Below are positions 35,716-43,934 of a DNA stretch of 49,177 nt, in pieces; the first letter of the stretch is position 1, and the number at the start of each line of letters is the position of its first letter. The position numbers and the translations under genes are program-made. This stretch comes from Gammaproteobacteria bacterium (GTDB lineage Bacteria; Pseudomonadota; Gammaproteobacteria; Pseudomonadales; UBA6940), in contig JAYPYM010000001.1 of the NCBI GenBank assembly GCA_038135915.1, positions 1-49,177 on the forward strand, written 5' to 3'. The notes under the pieces were generated by a model. It searched no databases. It was given only the letters and a program-made list of their open reading frames with translations, and had not been told where the DNA came from.

Positions 35716-36087
35716 ATGCGGTTAAAAAAGCTAGCAAAAAAAGAGGGGTTTGGAGAATACATTGCAAATCCTCAGAGGTTGGAAATATTGGAAGAGAGCG
35801 AGATAAGAGAGAAGAGATATCTATTAATCAAAGCCTTTAGTTATTTCATTGATGTACCGCCAACAGATTCGTCGAAAACTTTAGTCGATAAAGCTTTGGA
35901 GTACGGATATATTGATTCTAGAAAGGCTTTGAGTGGTAATCGACTAAAAACCTGGGCACAGCAGAAAAAAGCGCCTGAATGGGCGTGTAGATCCGCTGCT
36001 CGGTATCTGTCTGATTCAGGGTATCAGCCCGAAACAGATGCCGAGAAAAATCTGCTCGAATACTACAAAGGTTTAGATGATGAATGA
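35716..36087 (+). CDS. Hypothetical protein (start uncertain; see frameshift finding)
   Basis: The 123-aa ORF has protein-like composition but no well-spaced SD. The strong SD and leader feed ATG 35658 in a different frame (60-codon ORF 35658-35840). Confidence 0.45.
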   Translation: MRLKKLAKKEGFGEYIANPQRLEILEESEIREKRYLLIKAFSYFIDVPPTDSSKTLVDKALEYGYIDSRKALSGNRLKTWAQQKKAPEWACRSAARYLSDSGYQPETDAEKNLLEYYKGLDDE

Positions 36088-36301
36088 TAAAACAGGTGCT
36101 GGCCGTCCGAAAATTCATAAAACGAAAAAAGAGTTAGAATCAGCTCAGAAAAGCTGGAATAAAAAGTACAAAGCGAAGAAGATAAGAATTGATATGTTGG
36201 TTGATCCTGATATTCATGAGCGTTGGACGAGTTATTTAGAGAAAAATGATGTGAAAAGAGAGGAGGCTTTGAGTAATCTTTTGAAAAAATCCGGTTTTTG
36301 A
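36077..36301 (+). CDS. Small basic hypothetical protein
   Basis: 74-aa ORF whose start overlaps the previous stop (ATGATGAATGA). It is Lys-rich. Confidence 0.45.
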   Translation: MMNDKTGAGRPKIHKTKKELESAQKSWNKKYKAKKIRIDMLVDPDIHERWTSYLEKNDVKREEALSNLLKKSGF

Positions 36302-36329
36302 TCTGAAACTCCAATTAACAACTAATGGA

Positions 36330-36776
36330 TTAAAGCCTCCCAAGATTTTTTTTGACCTTTCTTGCGTAATTGATATAAATATCCTGCTTTCTAATCAAGG
36401 TCCGACTTGTATAGGCTCCGGCGTGATAAGCACCTACTGCAGTCCAAGAATAACCATACCTAGATATTTCCTGAGATAAGATCCATGATCCAGCTTTAAT
36501 GGATACACAGGGGTTCCAAAGAGACTCAGGGTCAATTCCAATTACCTGTAATTTGGGAAACCACCACGGGTTGATCTGCATTAAACCTCTATCCTTGGTA
36601 GCAATATTCTCAGCTTTAGGATTCATATTGCTTTCAGTTATGGCTATTGCTCTCAATAAATCAGGAGAAATTCTGAATTCCTTTCCATACAAATCAAAAC
36701 AATGATCGAAAGAAAATGCATATTGAGATTGATAGGCAATCAGAAAGGATATTAATGAGAATTTAACGGTTGACAT
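36330..36776 (-). CDS. Lytic transglycosylase (SLT domain; P19/VirB1/F-orf169-like)
   Basis: 148 aa with a signal peptide. AIAITESNMNPKA...GLMQIN...AYHAG are SLT catalytic-domain motifs. Confidence 0.85.
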   Translation of the reverse strand: MSTVKFSLISFLIAYQSQYAFSFDHCFDLYGKEFRISPDLLRAIAITESNMNPKAENIATKDRGLMQINPWWFPKLQVIGIDPESLWNPCVSIKAGSWILSQEISRYGYSWTAVGAYHAGAYTSRTLIRKQDIYINYARKVKKNLGRL

Positions 36777-36838
36777 TCATTAACCACACATTACTATTGT
36801 ATTAATTCATACAAACTATTGTAAGGGGCATAACAAAG

Positions 36839-37084
36839 ATGTCAATACTAAGGAAGATAGAGAAAAGCAACTTAACGTCACGTAAGTTTAACCTTGATAA
36901 AGATCTCTCCAAAAAAATTGATGATACTAAGAGAAAAGCTGAATCTCTAAACCTAGAATTTCCTATTGATAAAATTGTCGAGAAGGCAATTGAGAAAGCA
37001 GTGAAGCAAGCATCAAAAGAGTTCGAATCTTTTGAAAAAGATTCTCAGCAAGAGAGCGACGTGATACCAAAGGAAAGCGCATAA
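36839..37084 (+). CDS. Small RHH-like protein (possible relaxosome/oriT accessory factor)
   Basis: 81 aa. RKFNLDKDLSKKIDDTKRKAESLNLEFPIDKIVEKAIEKAV has a strand-helix-helix pattern. It lies adjacent to the oriT candidate. Confidence 0.45.
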   Translation: MSILRKIEKSNLTSRKFNLDKDLSKKIDDTKRKAESLNLEFPIDKIVEKAIEKAVKQASKEFESFEKDSQQESDVIPKESA

Positions 37085-37340
37085 TTCTTTTAAATTATTG
37101 CGCCAATATTTTAAAAGAATTGAACAGTGAGAACAAGGATACCCCACAAAGTGGGGCCCCATATTTGAGAATGAAAAATATACTATTTTTCAGCACACCC
37201 TATGCACCAAGCGTGCGGGAGTGGAAACGCCTAAACAGTGGTGCTTTAAAGAAAAATTAAAGCAAAAACCAAAATGGCCCAAAAATGGGCCACATCAATA
37301 AAATCAAAAGGTTATAAGGGAAAGGGAGAATTCTGAAAAA
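37083..37340 (-). promoter_or_regulatory. Candidate oriT
   Basis: Intergenic region upstream of the relaxase operon. It contains a 39-nt near-perfect hairpin (37083-37121), CCCCAC-AAA-GTGGGG (37142-37156), TGGCCC-N6-GGGCCA (37275-37292), and a minus-strand hairpin plus GGGTGT/GCTG motif (complement of 37191-37216) resembling MOBF nic regions. Confidence 0.5.
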
Positions 37341-37658
37341 ATGCAGAGGATAAAGATTTCAGTCGAAGATGGGCTGTTTGAAGCGTTACGCAACGAAGCA
37401 AAATCAAGAGGGCTCACTCTTAGTAATCTCACATCCGAGTACTTTTTTGAAGGAATTAAAGCTAGAAAAGAGAAAAATTCAACCTACAAGTTTGTCAAAA
37501 ATCAACTCTATTTTGACTACCTAAATGTTGAAATTAACATACAAATTTTGAAGCATTTATGTAAAGAAAGTGACTTCGATTCGCTCATGAATCGAGTCAG
37601 AAATGAAGCAAAGATTGGATGGGAAGAAAACAAAAAAGCGATAGAAAATAAGGAATAG
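37341..37658 (+). CDS. RHH-type relaxosome accessory protein (TraY/TrwA-position)
   Basis: 105 aa. The N-terminal MQRIKISVEDGLFEALRNEAKSRGLTLSNLTSEYFFEGI has an RHH pattern. It lies immediately upstream of the relaxase. Confidence 0.55.
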   Translation: MQRIKISVEDGLFEALRNEAKSRGLTLSNLTSEYFFEGIKARKEKNSTYKFVKNQLYFDYLNVEINIQILKHLCKESDFDSLMNRVRNEAKIGWEENKKAIENKE

Positions 37659-37674
37659 TTGAGAGGATTCAAGG

Positions 37675-40512
37675 ATGGTAGCAACAATAAAAGCAATTCA
37701 AAGCTCGAGCGGTGCCAGCAAATATTTCTCACGAGAGGACGATTATTACTCAAAAGATACGCTAGATGGCTCTTATAGCGAGTGGTTTGGAAATGGCGCT
37801 AAATCTCTTGAATTGGAAGGAAAAATTGATGGCTCAGACCTTAAGAATCTACTAGATGGCAAGGTGAGTGATGATCAGCTTGGGAAGAAAGTTGAAGATA
37901 AAATCGTACACTCACCAGGATGGGACGTAACCTTTCAAGCCCCAAAAAGTGTATCTATAGCTGCATTGGTCTTTGACGATAAGGTAGCATTTGATGCTCA
38001 TCAAAATGCAGTTAAGACAGCGTTAACCTACTTAGAAAAAGAAATTCTAAATACAAGAATAAAGACTGGTGGTGAGTTAGAGAAACATAAAACACAATCC
38101 CTAGTTGCTGCGCTATATACGCACGAAACATCTAGGGCTCAAGACGCCCACCTGCATACACATTCTCTCATTATGAATGCCACTCAAGATATGTCTGGCA
38201 AGTGGCGTAGTGTAGAAAGTAAGCCTATTTATCATGCACAAAAGAAGCTAGGAATGGTGTATAGAATGGATTTGGCACAGCGTCTCCAGAAAGAAGGTAG
38301 GGCTATAGTGGCAACAGGTAATGAGGCAGATTTTGAGCTGAAGTATATACCAAAAAACCTAATTGAAGATCATTCAAAAAGGTCTAAACAGATTGAAGAA
38401 AAGCTTGCAGAAATTTCACTAGATCGTAGCAATGCAACAGCTGCTCAGAAAGAAATCATTAATCTCGAGACTCGGGAAAAGAAAGAGAGGGTATCAAGAA
38501 AACAGTTAAGAGACAGATGGAAATCAGAAGCAAAAAAATATAATTTTGATTTAGAAAAATACTTAGATACATCAGAAAAGTTGTCAAATACAGAAATTAA
38601 TGAGCTTAAAACAACAACTTTGTCAGAAGTTATATCCTCTATTCAATCAATGAAATCACGATTTACGGAAGATGATATTGTCAAGAAAATGTCAATATTT
38701 GGTGTTGGTTTAGTTTCACTACCTGAGATACAAACCATGATTCAGCAGAATAACGAACTAATTCCTACAGAAACTAAGACTTTTGATGCACAAGGTAAGG
38801 CAAAAACTTTCGTGAAAGTTGCTGGTTATACGACGAAAGAAGCACAGGAAATAGAGAAAAGTGTGATACACAAGGAGTGGCTAGGTAGAGGTAAATTCAA
38901 AGATTTTTTTAGCGATAGGTCCGCTAAAAAAATCGTAAAAAAAGCAGAGAAAGTATCTAATGATAAGGGTTTTAATTGGACAGATTCTCAGAAAAAAGCG
39001 ACATTCCAACTGCTAACAAATAGAGATATGGTAGTTGGAATACAGGGGTATGCAGGGACGGCGAAGACCAACACAGTTGTTGCTACATTTGCCGCAGCAA
39101 TGGAAAGTAATGGTTATAAGGTTCGAGGGATGGCACCAACATCTAGTGCGGCAATTACATTAGAAAGTGCAGGCATAGAAAGTCCTGGTACTGTACACAG
39201 CTTCATTAATTCTGATGATAACTCTAAAGAAAAGGAGGTATGGATTGTCGATGAGGCATCGCTGCTAGGAGCCAAAATAATGGAAAAATTGATCTCAAAA
39301 GCTGAGAATTCTAAGGCTAGATTAGTACTGGTTGGTGATACAAAACAACATCAAAGTATTGAGTTTGGATCAATGTTTCAGTTGATGCAAGACTCAGGTA
39401 TGACGACCTATACACTAGATGAAATTGTCCGACAAAAAATGGAGGCTGAGCGAGAAAAAGTATATGGGGTCATCAAAGGTCAGTTGGGCAGTGTTTTAGA
39501 TAAAATGGATAAAGATCAACAGATTTTTGAGGATGAGCATGATGTAAATAGAGTTGGTTATATCGTAGATAAGTATGTCGGAATGGATGCTAATGATAGA
39601 GAAAATACACTAATTATTGACCCTTCTAGAGAAGGAAAACAGAAACTAACAGATGAAATTCAGGGGCGATTGGCAATAGAAAATAAGATTAAAAATCCAG
39701 TTGATACCACCAATCTAAAAGAAAAAGCTAAAGTTAGAAGCGGCGATGGATTTGAGTTAAATATTACCGATATTGATAAAAAATTCTCATTTGTCTATGA
39801 GAAAGGCGAGTGGGTTGTCTTTAACAGGCGACATAAAAGTAGAGGCGTGGAAAGGGGGGAATACTACAAAGTTATAGACTCAGATAGAGAAAGCGGCATT
39901 GTAAAAATACAGGATAATCAGGGTAAGATGATCTCATTTGAGCCGAAAAAATGGGGGCACAATAATAAGATATACCAGGAAGAAAAGATCCGTCTTTACG
40001 AAGGCGATTTGGTAAGTATTACGAAGAATAACCCGCAGGACAAGATATACAATGGCCTAAGCGGAAGAGTTGTAGAAACGAATGATAGTTACATAATATT
40101 TGAATCAAAAAAGGGAAAGCATAAGGTTAATTTTCATGAAATTGATAAGAAACACTTTGCTCTGAGTTATGTAAAAACTACAGTTAGCGCGCAAGGCGAT
40201 ACTAAACAAAATGCAATCTATCATATTGAATCAAACCGAGTAAATTTAACAAATAAGGCAGCATTCTACGTTGGATTATCTAGGGCAACGGACAGTACGA
40301 TTGTAGTTACAGATAACAAAGATAAAGCGCTGAAATCACTTAAACAGAATGATGGTTCTAATGAGTCTGCAATGAATAAAGATGACCTATCTAAATTCAA
40401 TAAAGAGCTATCAAGCACGATAAAGAATGAAATAAACGAAACAAAAAGGGCGGATAAAGAGATAATCAAAAACACTTACAGAGAGCATAAAGTGCCAGCT
40501 CTAAGTCTTTAA
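37675..40512 (+). CDS. traI: MOBF-family relaxase-helicase (TrwC/TraI)
   Basis: 945 aa. The N-terminus has ASKYFSREDDYY (catalytic Tyr region) and HETSRAQDAHLHTHSLIMN (3-His motif). The helicase part has GYAGTAKT, WIVDEASL and YVGLSRA. Confidence 0.9.
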   Translation: MVATIKAIQSSSGASKYFSREDDYYSKDTLDGSYSEWFGNGAKSLELEGKIDGSDLKNLLDGKVSDDQLGKKVEDKIVHSPGWDVTFQAPKSVSIAALVFDDKVAFDAHQNAVKTALTYLEKEILNTRIKTGGELEKHKTQSLVAALYTHETSRAQDAHLHTHSLIMNATQDMSGKWRSVESKPIYHAQKKLGMVYRMDLAQRLQKEGRAIVATGNEADFELKYIPKNLIEDHSKRSKQIEEKLAEISLDRSNATAAQKEIINLETREKKERVSRKQLRDRWKSEAKKYNFDLEKYLDTSEKLSNTEINELKTTTLSEVISSIQSMKSRFTEDDIVKKMSIFGVGLVSLPEIQTMIQQNNELIPTETKTFDAQGKAKTFVKVAGYTTKEAQEIEKSVIHKEWLGRGKFKDFFSDRSAKKIVKKAEKVSNDKGFNWTDSQKKATFQLLTNRDMVVGIQGYAGTAKTNTVVATFAAAMESNGYKVRGMAPTSSAAITLESAGIESPGTVHSFINSDDNSKEKEVWIVDEASLLGAKIMEKLISKAENSKARLVLVGDTKQHQSIEFGSMFQLMQDSGMTTYTLDEIVRQKMEAEREKVYGVIKGQLGSVLDKMDKDQQIFEDEHDVNRVGYIVDKYVGMDANDRENTLIIDPSREGKQKLTDEIQGRLAIENKIKNPVDTTNLKEKAKVRSGDGFELNITDIDKKFSFVYEKGEWVVFNRRHKSRGVERGEYYKVIDSDRESGIVKIQDNQGKMISFEPKKWGHNNKIYQEEKIRLYEGDLVSITKNNPQDKIYNGLSGRVVETNDSYIIFESKKGKHKVNFHEIDKKHFALSYVKTTVSAQGDTKQNAIYHIESNRVNLTNKAAFYVGLSRATDSTIVVTDNKDKALKSLKQNDGSNESAMNKDDLSKFNKELSSTIKNEINETKRADKEIIKNTYREHKVPALSL

Positions 40513-40525
40513 AAGGAGATGAAAA

Positions 40526-42379
40526 ATGAAATCAAGTGTGCTTGGAGATATTACGAGAGGAGGGCAGATATTCCTGCACTCAGTACGTATGGCAGTGCAG
40601 GTCATCAAATCATTTTCGATTGCAGTTTTTGCAATATCAATATTGTTTTTTTTATTCTACTTCTTCAATAAAACAGAGAATTATGATCGGTATTTGTTCG
40701 TGAAATGGGCTCAATCGTCATTCACATATCATGTGGTTAATAAGCCGGAAACTACTCTAAATTTTGAATATAGCGATGGTTCGGAAACCAAGGCTTCAGC
40801 AAGAACTATCGTAAGTAATCCTGGTATTTTGAAGAGTGTCAACCAAACTATTGATATAGCTTATAAAGGGTTAGCCAGGAGTATTATTCTTTTTTTAGTA
40901 TGTTTTGTAGCGATCTTTTTTTACGGATATAAGATAGGATATGACATAAGAAAGCCAAAGTTTTTGCGCGGAAATAAGAAGACAGATAAAAAGGGGCTGA
41001 TTCAATTACTCAGAAGAAAACGTGTAAAAAGCGACATAAGTATAGGTGATATGCCTCTGGTTAAAGACAGTGAAACATCTCACATTTTGATTTCAGGTGC
41101 GCCCGGAACTGGTAAGTCAACCGCGATTAAAGATCTCCTAAATCAGATTAGAAAAAGAGGGGATCGAGCGATTGTATATTCAAGCTCAGAAGAATTTGTT
41201 GAAAGCTTTTATGATGAAAAAAAAGATGTCTTGTTAAACCCAATGGACAAAAGGTGTCCAAAGTGGCATATCTGGGCTGAAGCTGAGACCAGCGCTGATT
41301 TCGACAACATGGCTGAATCCTTAATACCCGATACCCAGGGGGGATCGGACCCCTTTTGGAATAAGGCAGCGAGGACATTGTTTTCGTCTGTTGCAGCAAG
41401 AATGTTTACGTTAAAGCAGTTTATGATCGATCAGTTGTTGAAGGATCTGCTAACAACAAAATTAGAAACAGTAGCAAGGCTTATTGAAGGAACTGAAGCT
41501 GAAGCGATTGTTTCGGGTGATGTTGAAAAAGTCGCTCTCTCTGTCAGAGCGACTTTAGCAGCTTATATTAGATCACTGAAATATCTGAAGTTGACTGGTA
41601 AAGCATTTTCGATATCAGATTGGATCAAGAAAGATGATCATGATGGTTGGATATTCTTAGGAATACCAAAAAAGCAAATATCATCTTTAAGGCCACTTAT
41701 AACGCTCTGGTTAGATACAGCTGCAAGTGCAATCCTTTCCCTCAACAGAAAAAGGGATCGAAGGATTTGGATTATCGTTGATGAGCTGCCCACACTTAAT
41801 AAATTGCATAGCTTATCCATGCTGATGGCGGAAGGCAGAAAGTACGGAGCTTGCTGTGTAATTGGATTTCAGTCTTTTTCTCAGCTTGTCTCGATATATG
41901 GATTAAACGGTGCACAATCCATGGCTGGTTATTGTTCTACCTGGCTTCTGTTTAGAACAAATGAAGCTAGCTTTGCTGATTGGGCTTCCAAATCACTTGG
42001 TGCTACAGAATCACTTGAGGGAAATGAAGGTTACTCGTTAGGAGCTAACGAAATTCGAGATGGCGTCACATTGAGTTCAGATAGAAAAACAAGACAAATA
42101 GTTGTCCCCGGAGAACTCATAGCACTACCAGATTTAGCTGGCTTCTTAAAGCTTCCAGGATTTCCAGTAGCAGAGGTTGAGTTGAAATATCGACAGTTTA
42201 AACAGAAAGCAGAGGGATTCATACCAGACAACTTTGAAGATACGAGCATGAAAAAATTTGAAGACAATATTCAGGAAAATGTAGATGATGAAGAAGATGA
42301 GGTATTACCCAAAGAGAAAGAACGATCTGTAGATGAGAGAAAGAAAGAGCCTAAAACCCCTGAAATGATTCCAGCCTGA
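40526..42379 (+). CDS. traD: Type IV coupling protein TraD
   Basis: 617 aa with two N-terminal TM segments, Walker A GAPGTGKST, Walker B-like WIIVDELP and an acidic C-terminal tail. Confidence 0.9.
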   Translation: MKSSVLGDITRGGQIFLHSVRMAVQVIKSFSIAVFAISILFFLFYFFNKTENYDRYLFVKWAQSSFTYHVVNKPETTLNFEYSDGSETKASARTIVSNPGILKSVNQTIDIAYKGLARSIILFLVCFVAIFFYGYKIGYDIRKPKFLRGNKKTDKKGLIQLLRRKRVKSDISIGDMPLVKDSETSHILISGAPGTGKSTAIKDLLNQIRKRGDRAIVYSSSEEFVESFYDEKKDVLLNPMDKRCPKWHIWAEAETSADFDNMAESLIPDTQGGSDPFWNKAARTLFSSVAARMFTLKQFMIDQLLKDLLTTKLETVARLIEGTEAEAIVSGDVEKVALSVRATLAAYIRSLKYLKLTGKAFSISDWIKKDDHDGWIFLGIPKKQISSLRPLITLWLDTAASAILSLNRKRDRRIWIIVDELPTLNKLHSLSMLMAEGRKYGACCVIGFQSFSQLVSIYGLNGAQSMAGYCSTWLLFRTNEASFADWASKSLGATESLEGNEGYSLGANEIRDGVTLSSDRKTRQIVVPGELIALPDLAGFLKLPGFPVAEVELKYRQFKQKAEGFIPDNFEDTSMKKFEDNIQENVDDEEDEVLPKEKERSVDERKKEPKTPEMIPA

Positions 42380-42386
42380 GGAATAT

Positions 42387-42824
42387 ATGAAATCGCTAAT
42401 TTTAATTTCATTGTTAATGATTTTTCTTTTCCCCTATGGCGCATTTGCAGACAAAAATAACTACGGTAGTGTAGTTTTGGATAAAGTGACATCGATATAC
42501 GATGGAGATACCTTTCGAGCGAATATTAATAGCTGGCCAAGGTTAATAGGGGAACGTGTGCCGATAAGGGTTTCTGGAGTAGATACTCCTGAATTGAGAG
42601 GAAAGTGTGAGCAGGAAGTTAAGCTGGCAAGAATAGCAAAACAAAGAACGGTTCAGTTGATAAGGGAAGGTAAGTCGGTTGAGTTACACAGGATGCAGCG
42701 AGATAAATACTTTAGGATAGTGGCCGAGGTTCTCATAGATGGAAAATCCCTAGGGAATACATTGGTTTCGGAAGGATTGGCAAAGGTATATTTTGGTGGT
42801 AAGAAAAAATCATGGTGTGGTTAG
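42387..42824 (+). CDS. Secreted thermonuclease (SNase)-family nuclease
   Basis: 145 aa with a signal peptide. DGDTFRA...IRVSGVDTPE...RDKYFRIVAEV...G..L are SNase-fold motifs. Confidence 0.8.
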   Translation: MKSLILISLLMIFLFPYGAFADKNNYGSVVLDKVTSIYDGDTFRANINSWPRLIGERVPIRVSGVDTPELRGKCEQEVKLARIAKQRTVQLIREGKSVELHRMQRDKYFRIVAEVLIDGKSLGNTLVSEGLAKVYFGGKKKSWCG

Positions 42825-42874
42825 GGTAAAAAATAATGAATGGTGTTAGTTAAGTAGCTCAGTTTCAGGCATAT

Positions 42875-42917
42875 ATAAAAATATAAACAAAGCTGTGAGC
42901 CCATCATTCGGCTCACA
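42875..42917 (-). terminator. Terminator for the HU-like gene
   Basis: An 8-bp stem (TGTGAGCC...GGCTCACA) is followed on the minus strand by GCTTTGTTTATATTTTT. It lies between convergent genes. Confidence 0.6.
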
Positions 42918-42930
42918 TGAAGCACGGGTA

Positions 42931-43320
42931 TCATAAAGCCATATCTTTAAGCCTTTTTAACGGTCTAATTTTTACCGAGTTTGTTGCTGGCTTAGCCTTG
43001 AAGATGGTTTCTTCTCCGGTGAATGGATTAATCCCTTTTCTGGCCTTGGTAGCAGGCTTTTTTTGAACAAGGATTTTACACAAACCGGGTAGGGTAAATT
43101 CACCTACAGATTTTTTCTTGATGTGGCGTTCGATTAGGATACCCATCTCATCTAAGACGCTTTGCACCTGCTTTTTAGAGAGTTCTGTTTTTTCAGCAAG
43201 CTCGGCCATAATCTGTGTTTTGGTCATGGCTTCTTTAACGCCAGTGATTTTTCTAGCGACTGGCTTTGCAGCCTTAGCAGTAGTCTTTTTAGGAGCTTTC
43301 TTTTTAGCGGCCTTTGGCAT
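42931..43320 (-). CDS. HU/IHF-fold DNA-binding protein with Lys/Ala/Pro-rich N-terminal tail
   Basis: I place the start at ATG 43320 (GAGGGA 6 nt upstream), giving MPKAAKKKAPKKTTAKAAKPVARK followed by an HU fold (..ARKGINPFTGEETIFKAKPATNSVKIRPLKRLKD). Confidence 0.85.
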   Translation of the reverse strand: MPKAAKKKAPKKTTAKAAKPVARKITGVKEAMTKTQIMAELAEKTELSKKQVQSVLDEMGILIERHIKKKSVGEFTLPGLCKILVQKKPATKARKGINPFTGEETIFKAKPATNSVKIRPLKRLKDMAL

Positions 43321-43502
43321 ATGAATTCCCTCAAAATTAACAATATTGATATATCTCAAGCTAAATCTAGAACTAAAATCATATTAGTTTCAAGTTGAAT
43401 AAAGGTCTAGTGAAAAAAACTTTTCTAGGGTAGATTTTCAATCATTTGCACGATACAAATAACCAACAATGTCTATGACTTAACTCTGAAAAGGTAATCA
43501 AG

Positions 43503-43934
43503 ATGGAGAAGACATTTAACTTTGGTCAGTATGACTTGTCCTCCTTCTCCGGAAGGCTGAATGCAATTTTGGATTTTTCGGATGAATACCTACCCATTGA
43601 CAAAGGGAGGTCAAGGCAATTAGCGCTGGAATTTGGTTACAGCAAAGGTGCCGCTCGATTGTGGGTCTTGCACAATAAGCAACCCACACAAAAACAACTC
43701 AGGACAATCATTGAGGCATCCCTGTTGAAAGTTAAAACTAGCACCCCCGTCGATGCGGTGTTGAGTTGGGTAGTATTTGGGACTGAAACCTGCCCATTGA
43801 TAGAAGAGGGAGATAATTTAAAGCTACTCCCTGGGTATGAATGCCTGACTAATATTGTTCTTTCGAAACAACATGCAAAGATTGTAAAGCAATGGGCTCA
43901 GGAGGCAAAAGAACGTTGTGGCGTGGAAGTTTAA
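43503..43934 (+). CDS. Hypothetical protein, possible HTH
   Basis: 143-aa ORF. RSRQLALEFGYSKGAARLWV is HTH-like. Support is weak. Confidence 0.4.
   Translation: MEKTFNFGQYDLSSFSGRLNAILDFSDEYLPIDKGRSRQLALEFGYSKGAARLWVLHNKQPTQKQLRTIIEASLLKVKTSTPVDAVLSWVVFGTETCPLIEEGDNLKLLPGYECLTNIVLSKQHAKIVKQWAQEAKERCGVEV

Larger units (their letters stand above)
1..42824. mobile_element. Conjugative replicon backbone (plasmid-like): MPF-F T4SS, partition, RepA/iteron origin, TA module, leading region, MOBF relaxase, T4CP
   Basis: Co-linear set of recognisable tra genes, parA, repA with iterons, higBA, relaxase and coupling protein. Right boundary is approximate (the last clearly plasmid-type gene ends at 42824). 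Left end runs off the window. Confidence 0.8.

Noticed and set aside
36063-36314. Minus-strand ORFs of 66 and 83 aa opposite the 123-aa and 74-aa plus-strand genes
   Set aside because: They are antisense to a consistently plus-oriented, translationally coupled gene series. Their peptides are Ser/Phe/Leu-rich, which is typical of antisense frames.
37211-37247. Plus-strand F-like nic motifs (GCGTGCGGGAGTGG and GTGGTGCTTT)
   Set aside because: Nicking the plus strand would transfer the relaxase and traD genes first and the promoter-cassette region last. That is opposite to the usual arrangement in which tra genes enter last. I therefore favour the minus-strand motif, but this is not excluded without experiment.
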